A stretch of DNA of 64,000 nucleotides from Salinispira sp. GTDB taxonomy: Bacteria > Spirochaetota > Spirochaetia > DSM-27196 > Salinispiraceae. The DNA lies in NCBI GenBank assembly GCA_965226555.1, contig CBDDDG010000010.1:224001-288000 (forward strand), written 5' to 3'. The translations under genes were made by a program, and so were the position numbers. This document shows, in pieces, positions 50,131 through 59,091 of the stretch (positions within the stretch are counted from its first letter, which is position 1; every line of letters starts with the position of its first letter). Under the pieces are notes generated by a model that saw nothing but the letters and a program-made list of their open reading frames with translations, had not been told where the DNA came from and did not search any database.

Positions 50131-52143
50131 TTATTCCCTGAAGTATTTTTTGCGCAGCGCATGCTGCCGAAGGGCTCGCAGGAGGCGGGCGGACGATTCA
50201 GGGCGGAAACCCCGTTCGATGTTCAGACTGCTTATTGCGCTCACCATACGCCAGTGCCGCAGCAGATGAACCCACGCAGTGAAAAGGTCAAGTTCGTATA
50301 TGTGGGCAGGCTCACTGTTTACCCCGTTAATTTCAATAATGCGAAATTCGCCCCGCTCCAGCGCGCGGATGTTTCGGGTTTTTACATCGAAACGTCCAAG
50401 ATAAAACTCGGGGATGCAGTCTGCGAGCGGAGCAAAGACCTTGAGCAGAGCCGGACTGATAAGGTGATTCCCGTTTCTGAAAGTTACCCCGCGGGCATGA
50501 TTCCCTATGTCCATGAGTACGCGTTCCTCTCCGGCGCTGAGAATTTCATGCAGATTGAATCTGTGCAGCTTTTCAAGCCGCCGCCGATGATAGCGAGCGC
50601 GGGCGCCCCGGCGGATGAGCTGCGCGAGGGTGCTCACGCCATCTCCCTGGACACTCAGGGGCTCCTTGATAACCAGAGAAGTTATGCGCGGCTCGCCCGA
50701 AACCGGATTCTTCACGACCATGACTCCGTACTCCTCTCCGCCGCTGATATTTTCCTGCAGGATAATTGCAGGCCCCATAGAAAATTGCAGAGGAGATTGC
50801 AGAGAAGATTTCATGCCGGCTGCCTCATGGTATGCGCGCAGATAGCGCAGAACTTCGCTTCGCCCATGCACGCGCTCTACTCCCATACCGCGTTCGCCCA
50901 TGTCCGGCTTGAGAAACACAGGATATGCCAGCCCGAGTTTTTTCATAATACCTTCGATTTCATCTGCGCCGCTTCCCGATCCCGAGTTTCCCGAGCCCGA
51001 ACCGGGAAGTTCCTTAAAATAGTGGGTCTTCGGGAGGTAGCGGGCTGGAATTCCCTCAAACATTGCCGACTTGGAATATTCTAGGAGCCCTCCGAAACGA
51101 AGCCCGGGATTCGCGCTGAGAAAATGAAGAAGCGATCCTTTTCTGAGTCCCTGCGCAATAAGCCAGACGGCAACGGGCAGGTACATAATCCAGGAAGGCC
51201 AGAATTCCCATTTCAGTATTTTCGGGAGAATCATAGGGGCGCCGCTGGTCGGGTGCTGTCGCGGCGGTGGCGCCGCTGTCGGGTGCTGTCGCTGACGGGC
51301 GCCGCTGGCGGGAGTGCTCGCCTGTTTGAGGGCGTAAACTCTGCGGCGTATTTCCGCGTTGATGTCTGCGTTGATTGACGCGCTATTCCGAATAGTGTTT
51401 CCGGCATTATCGCTGGCGCATAGTTCGGCAGCGGGGATCGGTGTACCAATTCGAATTTCCAGCGTCTGCCCCTGTTTACGGAACATTTCATCGACCAGAA
51501 AGAGCATCTCGACATTGAATGGAATTCTGAACCAGCGGCGCAGGTTGGCGATGGTATAAAAACGCCGGCTGTTTTCTCCGAAGAAACGGCACGGGACGAT
51601 GGGCCGGCTGTTTTCCCGACAAAGGCGCACATAGGACTTGTTCCAGGGGAGATCTTGCACACGTCCGCCTATCCGGCGGCTGCATTTTCCAGCCGGAAAG
51701 TGGAGTATGGCAGCGTTGCCGCTGAACAGTTCCCGGTATCGTTCCCCATGCCGATAATTGCTCATTCCGCCGTCCATCTCCTTACTCACGGGGAGAAAGA
51801 GCTCCTCCATCTGATGTATATTCATAAGAAGATCATTGACCATGAGCCTGACTTCACTGAAATAGGTGAAAAGCAGAAAGATGAGCGCAAGACCATCCAG
51901 CCCCCCAAGGGGATGATTGGAGATTAAAACCGGGCGCTCAAGCCCCGCCAGATGCTCCGTTCCATGCGCGCGCAGCCTCACATCAAAATAATTCAGGGCA
52001 GCGCGCACAAAGTCCGCGCCCCGCAACTGCCCAAACTCCCGGAGGGCAGCATTAATTTCACGCTGATGAATAAGTGACGCAAGATATCGCAGGATAAAAT
52101 TGGGCAGCCGTAGCTCTGCCGTAATTTCCCTGACATCAATCAT
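50131..52143 (-). CDS. Fused PlsC-family acyltransferase + ATP-grasp ligase
   Basis: N-part NHPLGGLDG (HX4D-like), FPAG. Repeat linker, then C-part WEFWP, ANPG, LKPDMGERG.GV, GRFDV, IEING..SEPAHIY. Start MIDVRE (52143) overlaps the upstream stop. Confidence 0.72.
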   Translation of the reverse strand: MIDVREITAELRLPNFILRYLASLIHQREINAALREFGQLRGADFVRAALNYFDVRLRAHGTEHLAGLERPVLISNHPLGGLDGLALIFLLFTYFSEVRLMVNDLLMNIHQMEELFLPVSKEMDGGMSNYRHGERYRELFSGNAAILHFPAGKCSRRIGGRVQDLPWNKSYVRLCRENSRPIVPCRFFGENSRRFYTIANLRRWFRIPFNVEMLFLVDEMFRKQGQTLEIRIGTPIPAAELCASDNAGNTIRNSASINADINAEIRRRVYALKQASTPASGARQRQHPTAAPPPRQHPTSGAPMILPKILKWEFWPSWIMYLPVAVWLIAQGLRKGSLLHFLSANPGLRFGGLLEYSKSAMFEGIPARYLPKTHYFKELPGSGSGNSGSGSGADEIEGIMKKLGLAYPVFLKPDMGERGMGVERVHGRSEVLRYLRAYHEAAGMKSSLQSPLQFSMGPAIILQENISGGEEYGVMVVKNPVSGEPRITSLVIKEPLSVQGDGVSTLAQLIRRGARARYHRRRLEKLHRFNLHEILSAGEERVLMDIGNHARGVTFRNGNHLISPALLKVFAPLADCIPEFYLGRFDVKTRNIRALERGEFRIIEINGVNSEPAHIYELDLFTAWVHLLRHWRMVSAISSLNIERGFRPESSARLLRALRQHALRKKYFRE

Positions 52144-52990
52144 TCGGGAAATACTGTTCCGCCAACTCCACGAGAGCTGATTCATCGGCACTGCGGGTGA
52201 GCACATGATCTGCGATTGCCTTGAGTTCATCGCGGGCATTTGCCACGGCAACACCGAGACCGGCAGTTGTAAGCATTTCAATATCGTTATTGCTGTCGCC
52301 GAAGGCAATGCAGTTTTCAATAGGAATGTTGATATGCCGGGCGAGCATTGTAAGGGCTGTTCCCTTATTCACTCCCGAGGCGACAACTTCAAGGTACATT
52401 GGTTTGGAAAAGAACATATCGAACTTTCCCTGAGCAATGGGCGCCAGCGCCTTCTGTAATGTACAGAGCTTTTCATGCTCTCCGATAATAAGAAGCTTAA
52501 TACTCCCGTTCGGAAGAGCAGATGGTATGTCATCAACATAGGCCCAATTCATATCGGTGCTGCTCACATAATAATCAATCCATTTCTGCTGGGTACTATC
52601 GCGCCGTTCCACAATGAAGCCCTCGCTCCGGTATGCCTGAACATGAAGGTTCGCGGCACGGGTCTGCGTGAGAATTTCAGCAATAAGCTCCTGACTGAGT
52701 ACCTGCTCAAAAATAATGGTATTGCTGCCGGCGGTGCTTACTCTGCCTCCATTGTAGGAAATAAGATATTCATTGTCGCTGCCATTATTATTGGGGGGGA
52801 TGATGCGGGAAGCGACAGCGCGCAGACTTGATGTTGCCCTGCCGCTGCTGAAAACAATCGTGATACCCCTGTCGTATAGTTCCTGCAAAGTTTTTTGCGT
52901 TGCCGCCGGAAGTGTTCCGTCCAGCGCCAGCAAGGTGTCATCGACATCTGTTGCAAGAAGCCTGTACATATCAGAATTGTCCTCCGCCAA
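52136..52990 (-). CDS. Cof-type HAD-IIB hydrolase
   Basis: ATDVDDTLL, SSGR, VNKG, AFGDSNNDIEM. Confidence 0.92.
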   Translation of the reverse strand: MAEDNSDMYRLLATDVDDTLLALDGTLPAATQKTLQELYDRGITIVFSSGRATSSLRAVASRIIPPNNNGSDNEYLISYNGGRVSTAGSNTIIFEQVLSQELIAEILTQTRAANLHVQAYRSEGFIVERRDSTQQKWIDYYVSSTDMNWAYVDDIPSALPNGSIKLLIIGEHEKLCTLQKALAPIAQGKFDMFFSKPMYLEVVASGVNKGTALTMLARHINIPIENCIAFGDSNNDIEMLTTAGLGVAVANARDELKAIADHVLTRSADESALVELAEQYFPND

Positions 52991-54539
52991 TGTTTATTGT
53001 CGTGCTAAAAGCAAGTTTTCCAAACAGGTTCTTTCTGTTAAGAATACCGTTGGCAGGTCCGTACTCACTCTGGGTATCGCCGTAGGCATTGATCATGGCA
53101 ATGCTGAGTGAAAATCCGTCAAAAAAACGGTAGCTTATACTTGTATTAAATATACCGCTGATATCTGACCAGTTGGCCTGCCATACAGTCGAAATAGTCA
53201 AGCCTTCGAGGAATAATTCCCGAAGACTGATTGAAAGCGCTGTATAGTGCATGCCGAAATTCTCCACTGCCGATGGGTGCAGACTGCCGGCGCCGCTTGA
53301 AATTTCACGCAGGGCAGGAGCGAGAAAATCAGAATTTTCATAACCCTCACCCTGAAAATAGTACTGGGCAATAATTGCCAGATCAATAGTGGTATCAAAA
53401 ATATTTGTTGGGAGAAAACTCAAGCCAGCCGTCGCGCTCAGGTATGGGGTTTCATCATCTTCCTCAATCTCCAGTGTCGGCTCTCCCTCCGCTGTCTCCA
53501 TTACCGAGAGGATTTTTCCTCCCTGACGGCCGAAACTCAGGCGCCCCTCCAGAAAAAAGTTGACATTCCGCAGCGGTAGTCTGATGGCGCTCATAATGCG
53601 GAATGGTCTGTCTTTTTGAAAACCAAAACCGAGCTGGGTTTCAAAGCCCAGATCTCCAAGATCAATATAAAAATTTCCCCGAGCTGCGTAGCCCAGGTCT
53701 GTCAGCGCCTTTACCGAAGCATCGGCGATAACATAGGCGCTCAGTTCATGAATTCCAATTGGTACGGAGGCCTTTAAGGCCACCGGTCCTTCCCGCTCAG
53801 CCTCGGGGTCATCGGGGTCTATGGGAACAAGGCTGATGAAGTCTCCCGGGCTCCAGAAGTAGCCGACGCCCCAGTTCACGGTCTGCTTGCCAAAGCGCAG
53901 GAATAATTGTTGATTAAAATTTACATCGGAGTAGAGCTCAAATATCGTTGCATTGAGGGTGCCGATTGTCTCGGAGTAGATCTCAAATATCGTTGCATCG
54001 AGGGTGTCGATTATCGCCGTCTTTTCAATCTGCGGAGTCATGGGATCGTCGGGAACAAGAACATCATTGGGAAGAGTAAAGGGATAGGTGGTCTTCACTT
54101 TTGCGAATACTCTGAAGTCGGAACTGGGGCGCGCATTCAGATACACATCGGCGCCCAAATCCACAAGCAGGCCCTCGGTGACCTCATCGCCGAGGACATC
54201 GGGATCATCCGGCAGGCTCTGCCAACTCCAGAATGCGGAAGTTGACGATCTGAGGCTCCCGCCAATTTGAACCTCATCGCTTGAAAGAAATTCAAGGTAG
54301 GCCTCCCCGCCTTCGGTTTCTTCCTCGGTAATTTCTTCAATCATGCTGTCGCCGAAAAGATCATCTTCCGAACTGCCGAAAATATCATCCTCGGAGCTGC
54401 CGAAAAGATCATCTTCCAGACTGCCCGAAGATTCATCGTCATCAATTTCCTGACCCGGCGCCTGAACAGCGATCATACAGATTAGGGTAAGTATGAGTAT
54501 GGCTCCTCTATTATATTGCAGCGATTTCAGCGATTTCAT
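52971..54539 (-). CDS. Putative outer-membrane beta-barrel protein
   Basis: Signal peptide, acidic EDDLFG repeats, amphipathic strands, LRFGKQTVNWGVG motif, C-terminal Phe. Confidence 0.6.
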   Translation of the reverse strand: MKSLKSLQYNRGAILILTLICMIAVQAPGQEIDDDESSGSLEDDLFGSSEDDIFGSSEDDLFGDSMIEEITEEETEGGEAYLEFLSSDEVQIGGSLRSSTSAFWSWQSLPDDPDVLGDEVTEGLLVDLGADVYLNARPSSDFRVFAKVKTTYPFTLPNDVLVPDDPMTPQIEKTAIIDTLDATIFEIYSETIGTLNATIFELYSDVNFNQQLFLRFGKQTVNWGVGYFWSPGDFISLVPIDPDDPEAEREGPVALKASVPIGIHELSAYVIADASVKALTDLGYAARGNFYIDLGDLGFETQLGFGFQKDRPFRIMSAIRLPLRNVNFFLEGRLSFGRQGGKILSVMETAEGEPTLEIEEDDETPYLSATAGLSFLPTNIFDTTIDLAIIAQYYFQGEGYENSDFLAPALREISSGAGSLHPSAVENFGMHYTALSISLRELFLEGLTISTVWQANWSDISGIFNTSISYRFFDGFSLSIAMINAYGDTQSEYGPANGILNRKNLFGKLAFSTTINIGGGQF

Positions 54540-55288
54540 TATCGGTTCACCTGTTCAAGATAGGACTGCGTGAAAACCGTATCGGGAATGTTATTAAAGC
54601 TGACGCCGCGGACTGTTATCTCGCTTTGCTCGCCGGGGGAAAGGTTGTCGACCTGAAGAATTTTCGTTGGAATGAAATAATCGCCATAGCGTCCATAGGT
54701 CGGATAGTACACGGTACGCACAAGACGGTCTGACAGGCTATAGTTCTCTTCCTTCAGTGGAAGATAATTATCTCTCCGCACCCAGTAACGGATTCTCGGA
54801 AATGTAACGGTATCGGTAACCGCTTTGAGATCGAGCACATACACCGGATATTTTCCGAGCATTGCTTCCTCATATGAGTCGGCTTCATAATCGTCAACCA
54901 GAGAGGTTTCGGCAAAATCGCTGTTACGGCTTTCGGTATCTTCAAAATTATCGCTGAGATTGAAAATTGAAAATTCCCTACTCTCGGGATCATATGACCA
55001 TGCAGTGTCATCGACACTGAGATACCCCTGCCCCCTCCTCAAAAGCGGATCGACAATGAGAATGAGAAATTTATCCTCTCGGTCTCTCCTGAAAAAACGA
55101 ACCTTTGTGACGCTCCGTTCTTCCTCGGGTTTATCGCTCACAATGGTATATTCGGCGGTAAAATCCTCATTCCCGAACGAATCGAGTGCATCTATTTGCC
55201 GGATTACTTCATCTGTGTCCAGTCCCTGAGCATATAAAACACTACACAGAGTAAAACACACAAGTAAAAAACCTTCTTGAATTCGCAT
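54539..55288 (-). CDS. Outer-membrane lipoprotein-sorting (LolA-like) protein
   Basis: Signal peptide, GQGYL..DD..W.YDP, SDF, ENYSLSDRL. Operon context with LolD/FtsX-type genes. Confidence 0.75.
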   Translation of the reverse strand: MRIQEGFLLVCFTLCSVLYAQGLDTDEVIRQIDALDSFGNEDFTAEYTIVSDKPEEERSVTKVRFFRRDREDKFLILIVDPLLRRGQGYLSVDDTAWSYDPESREFSIFNLSDNFEDTESRNSDFAETSLVDDYEADSYEEAMLGKYPVYVLDLKAVTDTVTFPRIRYWVRRDNYLPLKEENYSLSDRLVRTVYYPTYGRYGDYFIPTKILQVDNLSPGEQSEITVRGVSFNNIPDTVFTQSYLEQVNR

Positions 55289-55358
55289 TATTATTCTCCT
55301 AAAAATTTGAATGATCTATTAGAAACTTTTGTATTAGAAACTTTTGCATAACTTTCTC

Positions 55359-56693
55359 TTATGATCGCAGAGCATCTGCCGGAGATAATTTTGCAGCTCT
55401 ATTGGCAGGCGAGTTTGCTGCGAGAACGGTAAAAATTACGACCAGAAAATAATTAAATATGAGGCTCGTCAGATTAAAAGGAAAGGTAAATTTCCCATTC
55501 AAGGTGAAAAGACTCAGGGGATTGTCGGTTGGTATGGTAATGAGCTTCAGAAAAAGGCTCAGAACAGGCGCGAGTATGACACCGATAATATACCCCACGG
55601 TTCCGAGACCGAAGGCTTCCCACAGGAAAATACGGCGAATGCCGCCGCGCTGCACACCAACGGCGCGCATGGTACCAATTTCCTTTACCCGCTCAAGCAT
55701 GACCATTCGGAAGGTGTTGGCAACACCAACGGTGATAATGACAATAAGAATGAGCAAAAACACCAAACTTGCGGCATTGACCGTATTAATAAGCTGATCA
55801 ATCTGGGTAGTAAATTCAATAACATCGGTAACTTCATACAGCCCCGATTCCCATATGGAAAGATCCGCCTCATCTTCAGTGAAATCGTCAAACACTCTCT
55901 GACCGCCGCTGAAGGCAAAACTGGCGCTCAGCGTTTCCTCAACCTCGGGAAGCAGCCGCTGTTCATCGCTGAGTTTCTCTTGGATGATATTACTTACTCC
56001 TTCAGTCATATTCAGCGAAGGAAGTCTGAGATGTAAATCCTGATAACTATCTTCACCGATGTTGATCATTGTGTTTACCCGCTGTATATGAGCATAGCTG
56101 GAAAAGGAGCTCAGGAATCCTGAACCGGTCATAATACCCTGCACAATAAAGCTCCCGACATTTTCCTGACCAGTAACCGTTGAAGCCTGAAGGGTAACTT
56201 CTTCACCAATGTTCACGCCGAGCCTTTCAGCAGCTTCGCCGCTGAGAACAATGGCGTAGGGATCGGAAATAATTGATTCGAGCGAACCTTCAGCCAGACC
56301 AATGCGCTCCTGAAGGCGGGTCTCACTATCCCAGTTCACACCAGCTACTAACTGACCAGACTTGCGTCCATTAAAGATGACGGTTGCAAACATGCTTGAA
56401 CGTTTTACTAAATCATCTCTCGCATAGCCTAAGTCGGAGAGAATGTTGAGAATAGTATCTTCATCTCTAAATTCAGGGATTATTTCACCATCGTCCCGCC
56501 TTCTCTGTTCGGAGATAAACACGTTTCCGCCCAGAAACTCTACGATGCCTTCTTTTATGTTTGTTGTCATACCGGCGAGGAAGGCATTGACAAGCGTTAT
56601 AATGAGAATGCCGAAGGCAATGGCTCCGCAGAGAAGCAGACTTCGTTTTTTCTGCCGATTCAAATTTCGCACGGCGATATTAATATATTTCAT
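55359..56693 (-). CDS. FtsX/LolE-like ABC permease
   Basis: IAVRNLNRQKKRS, ERVKEIGTMRAVG, PANRAAKLSPADAL. Confidence 0.9.
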   Translation of the reverse strand: MKYINIAVRNLNRQKKRSLLLCGAIAFGILIITLVNAFLAGMTTNIKEGIVEFLGGNVFISEQRRRDDGEIIPEFRDEDTILNILSDLGYARDDLVKRSSMFATVIFNGRKSGQLVAGVNWDSETRLQERIGLAEGSLESIISDPYAIVLSGEAAERLGVNIGEEVTLQASTVTGQENVGSFIVQGIMTGSGFLSSFSSYAHIQRVNTMINIGEDSYQDLHLRLPSLNMTEGVSNIIQEKLSDEQRLLPEVEETLSASFAFSGGQRVFDDFTEDEADLSIWESGLYEVTDVIEFTTQIDQLINTVNAASLVFLLILIVIITVGVANTFRMVMLERVKEIGTMRAVGVQRGGIRRIFLWEAFGLGTVGYIIGVILAPVLSLFLKLITIPTDNPLSLFTLNGKFTFPFNLTSLIFNYFLVVIFTVLAANSPANRAAKLSPADALRS

Positions 56694-56702
56694 ACCCGTC
56701 TC

Positions 56703-58277
56703 CTACACAGACTGCATTGCTTCCAGAGGTTGTATTTTGAGCGCCACACGAACCGGATACAGGCTTGAAATGAAACCAATACCGAGCATGACCGCATAAC
56801 CAATAAAGACTGTTGTGATACTGAATACCGGCCGGAGCACCTCTCCTCCAAACAGAGATTGAATAAAAAGGTTCGGCGCCGGAATTCCCACTGCATTAAG
56901 AAGCGCAACAATGAGAAAACCCAGTATGAGACCGACGCTGCCGAAGATAAGCGATATGCTCACACTTTCGGCAATGAACATATACCGAATGAGTTTTTTA
57001 TAGGCGCCGAGGCTCCTCATGGTACCTATTTCTTTTCTCCGCTCAATAATCGATATAACGAGGGTATTCATAATAATGATGACGGCAACCACCGCAAGAA
57101 TAATAACAAGTATGTAAAAGAATATTCGGGTGGCATTGCTGAACTGAGCCGCCCCCCCCGAAGCAACAACCCAATCTACTGCCTCGAGAGGCCAGCCCTG
57201 TTCATCAAAATAGGTATTGAGCTGCGCTATTGTCGCATTCGTCTGAGAATCTGCATTGAGCCTGATGAGCAGGTATGACCAAGCGCCGGCATCCGGCACA
57301 CTTGCCTGGTTTCGTTCGGAAAGATCGCCAAGAATGTTAAACACATCGGTATCGCCGGCAGCGCCGGTGCCCGCATCGCCGGCAGCGCCGGTGCCCGCAT
57401 TGCTGTTAGCGCCGCCCGCAGCGTCAATGGCAGCATCGGAGAAGAATGAATCATCGCCAAAGAGGGCGTCATCGCCAAAGAGGGCATCATCGCCAAAGAG
57501 GGCGTCATCGCCGGCATCGGCAGAGAACATAGTACTGTCGAGGAGGCTTGTATCTGCTTCATCAATGTTAACAATGTCAACAGTTCCGACCACCATCCCG
57601 ACAAGCGATCTCATATTTGAGGCATCGATGAAGGCATTGATGTTTCCGCTGGCATTGGAATATTCGTACACTCCGCGAAGAACCAGACGCCGAATTCGTA
57701 ATCCTGCATTACCGCCCCCTTGGAGCTTTATTTCATCGCCAATTTGAAGATCAATGCCGAGATCATTTCGTATGCTGTCTATTGTTTCCTTATTAACAAC
57801 AATGCCCGATTCACCGGGTTCGAGAAAACGTCCTTCGAGAACATTCACATTTTCGGGAAACATTTCCCGGTAGCTATCTGGTTCAATGCCGTATACCGCG
57901 AGTGATACGCCGCGGTCACGGTCTTTTTCGCTGAAGTCGATGTTTGCGAAGGCGGTGATCTGGGGGTTGGCAACCGCCGCCTGAGGCAGGGAGGTAATGT
58001 ACTCGTAGAGATCGGCATAACCGCCTATGCTCTGGCTGGCGACATCGGGATTGAAGGAACCGTTGATAGTAACAGCATCTTCCGATTGGGTTCTTACAAG
58101 TATGTTACCGGTGAAACTATCCACATATGAACGCTCAACTCCCTGCCGCGCAGTATCCAGAATGGAATTGCCGAGGGTAAGAATGAGTATTCCTAAGGTA
58201 ATGAGCACGCCGATAATGAGGCTCTTGGATTTGTGCTCTCTGAGGTTTCTGAGGGCTATTCGGAAAAGTACCGCCAT
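56703..58277 (-). CDS. FtsX/LolE-like ABC permease
   Basis: IALRNLREHK, ERRKEIGTMRSLG, YPVRVALKIQPLEAM. Periplasmic loop with DDALFG and GTGAAGD repeats. Confidence 0.9.
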   Translation of the reverse strand: MAVLFRIALRNLREHKSKSLIIGVLITLGILILTLGNSILDTARQGVERSYVDSFTGNILVRTQSEDAVTINGSFNPDVASQSIGGYADLYEYITSLPQAAVANPQITAFANIDFSEKDRDRGVSLAVYGIEPDSYREMFPENVNVLEGRFLEPGESGIVVNKETIDSIRNDLGIDLQIGDEIKLQGGGNAGLRIRRLVLRGVYEYSNASGNINAFIDASNMRSLVGMVVGTVDIVNIDEADTSLLDSTMFSADAGDDALFGDDALFGDDALFGDDSFFSDAAIDAAGGANSNAGTGAAGDAGTGAAGDTDVFNILGDLSERNQASVPDAGAWSYLLIRLNADSQTNATIAQLNTYFDEQGWPLEAVDWVVASGGAAQFSNATRIFFYILVIILAVVAVIIIMNTLVISIIERRKEIGTMRSLGAYKKLIRYMFIAESVSISLIFGSVGLILGFLIVALLNAVGIPAPNLFIQSLFGGEVLRPVFSITTVFIGYAVMLGIGFISSLYPVRVALKIQPLEAMQSV

Positions 58278-58278
58278 A

Positions 58279-58974
58279 TTATTCTTCCCGACGTTCTTCG
58301 TGAATGATTTTGCCATCTTGCAGCTTGATAATGTGGTCGGCTATGTCGACAATGGTTGCGTCGTGGGTGGAAAAAATGAAGGTGGTCTCTTGGTCGCGGT
58401 TTACTTTTTTCATGAGTTCAATAATTTGTTCACCGGTTTTGGAGTCGAGGTTGGCGGTGGGTTCATCGGCGAGTACTACCTGCGGCTTACAGACGAGCGC
58501 CCGCGCAATGGCTACCCGCTGACGCTGTCCGCCCGAGAGCTCATTCGGCCGGTGATTACGCCAATTACTGAGCCCGACCTCTTCAATAAGATAGTCAATC
58601 CATTCCGTCTTCTCGTTCTTTTCCATTTTTGTTTTTCCAAGCAGAAGAGGAAATTCAATGTTTTCAAATACATTCAGCACGGGAATGAGATTAAAGCTCT
58701 GAAAAATAAAACCAATGAAACGATGACGAAGCTGGGTAATCTCTTTGTCTTTTAATGTCTTTGTATCGATCTCATCGATAATAACTGAACCTTCGGTCGG
58801 AATGTCGATGCAGCCGAGAAGGTTTAAAATGGTCGACTTGCCCGAACCTGAGGGTCCGGCAATGGAAATAAAGTCTCCCTTCTGAATTTGAGAACTCACA
58901 CCCCGAACTGCGTGAATTTCAGTTTTGCCAAGCGGATATACTTTATGTATATCTTTCATTTCTACAATAGCCAC
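58279..58974 (-). CDS. ABC transporter ATP-binding protein (LolD/MacB-like)
   Basis: GPSGSGKS, LSGGQRQR, ADEPTANLD, STHD. GTG start. Confidence 0.93.
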   Translation of the reverse strand: MAIVEMKDIHKVYPLGKTEIHAVRGVSSQIQKGDFISIAGPSGSGKSTILNLLGCIDIPTEGSVIIDEIDTKTLKDKEITQLRHRFIGFIFQSFNLIPVLNVFENIEFPLLLGKTKMEKNEKTEWIDYLIEEVGLSNWRNHRPNELSGGQRQRVAIARALVCKPQVVLADEPTANLDSKTGEQIIELMKKVNRDQETTFIFSTHDATIVDIADHIIKLQDGKIIHEERREE

Positions 58975-59091
58975 AGATATCTCCCCATTACGTACTTCAA
59001 GAACATTTTACATTGATAAAGTTTTGCATTGATAAAGTTACAAAAATACATGGGGTTTGTAAAGTGAAATTTTTGCTTTATTCAAACATTT

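Noticed and set aside
50131..51234. D-alanine--D-alanine ligase (ddl)
   Set aside because: ATP-grasp motifs only. It lacks the Ddl N-terminal GGxSxE and HGxxGEDG signatures.
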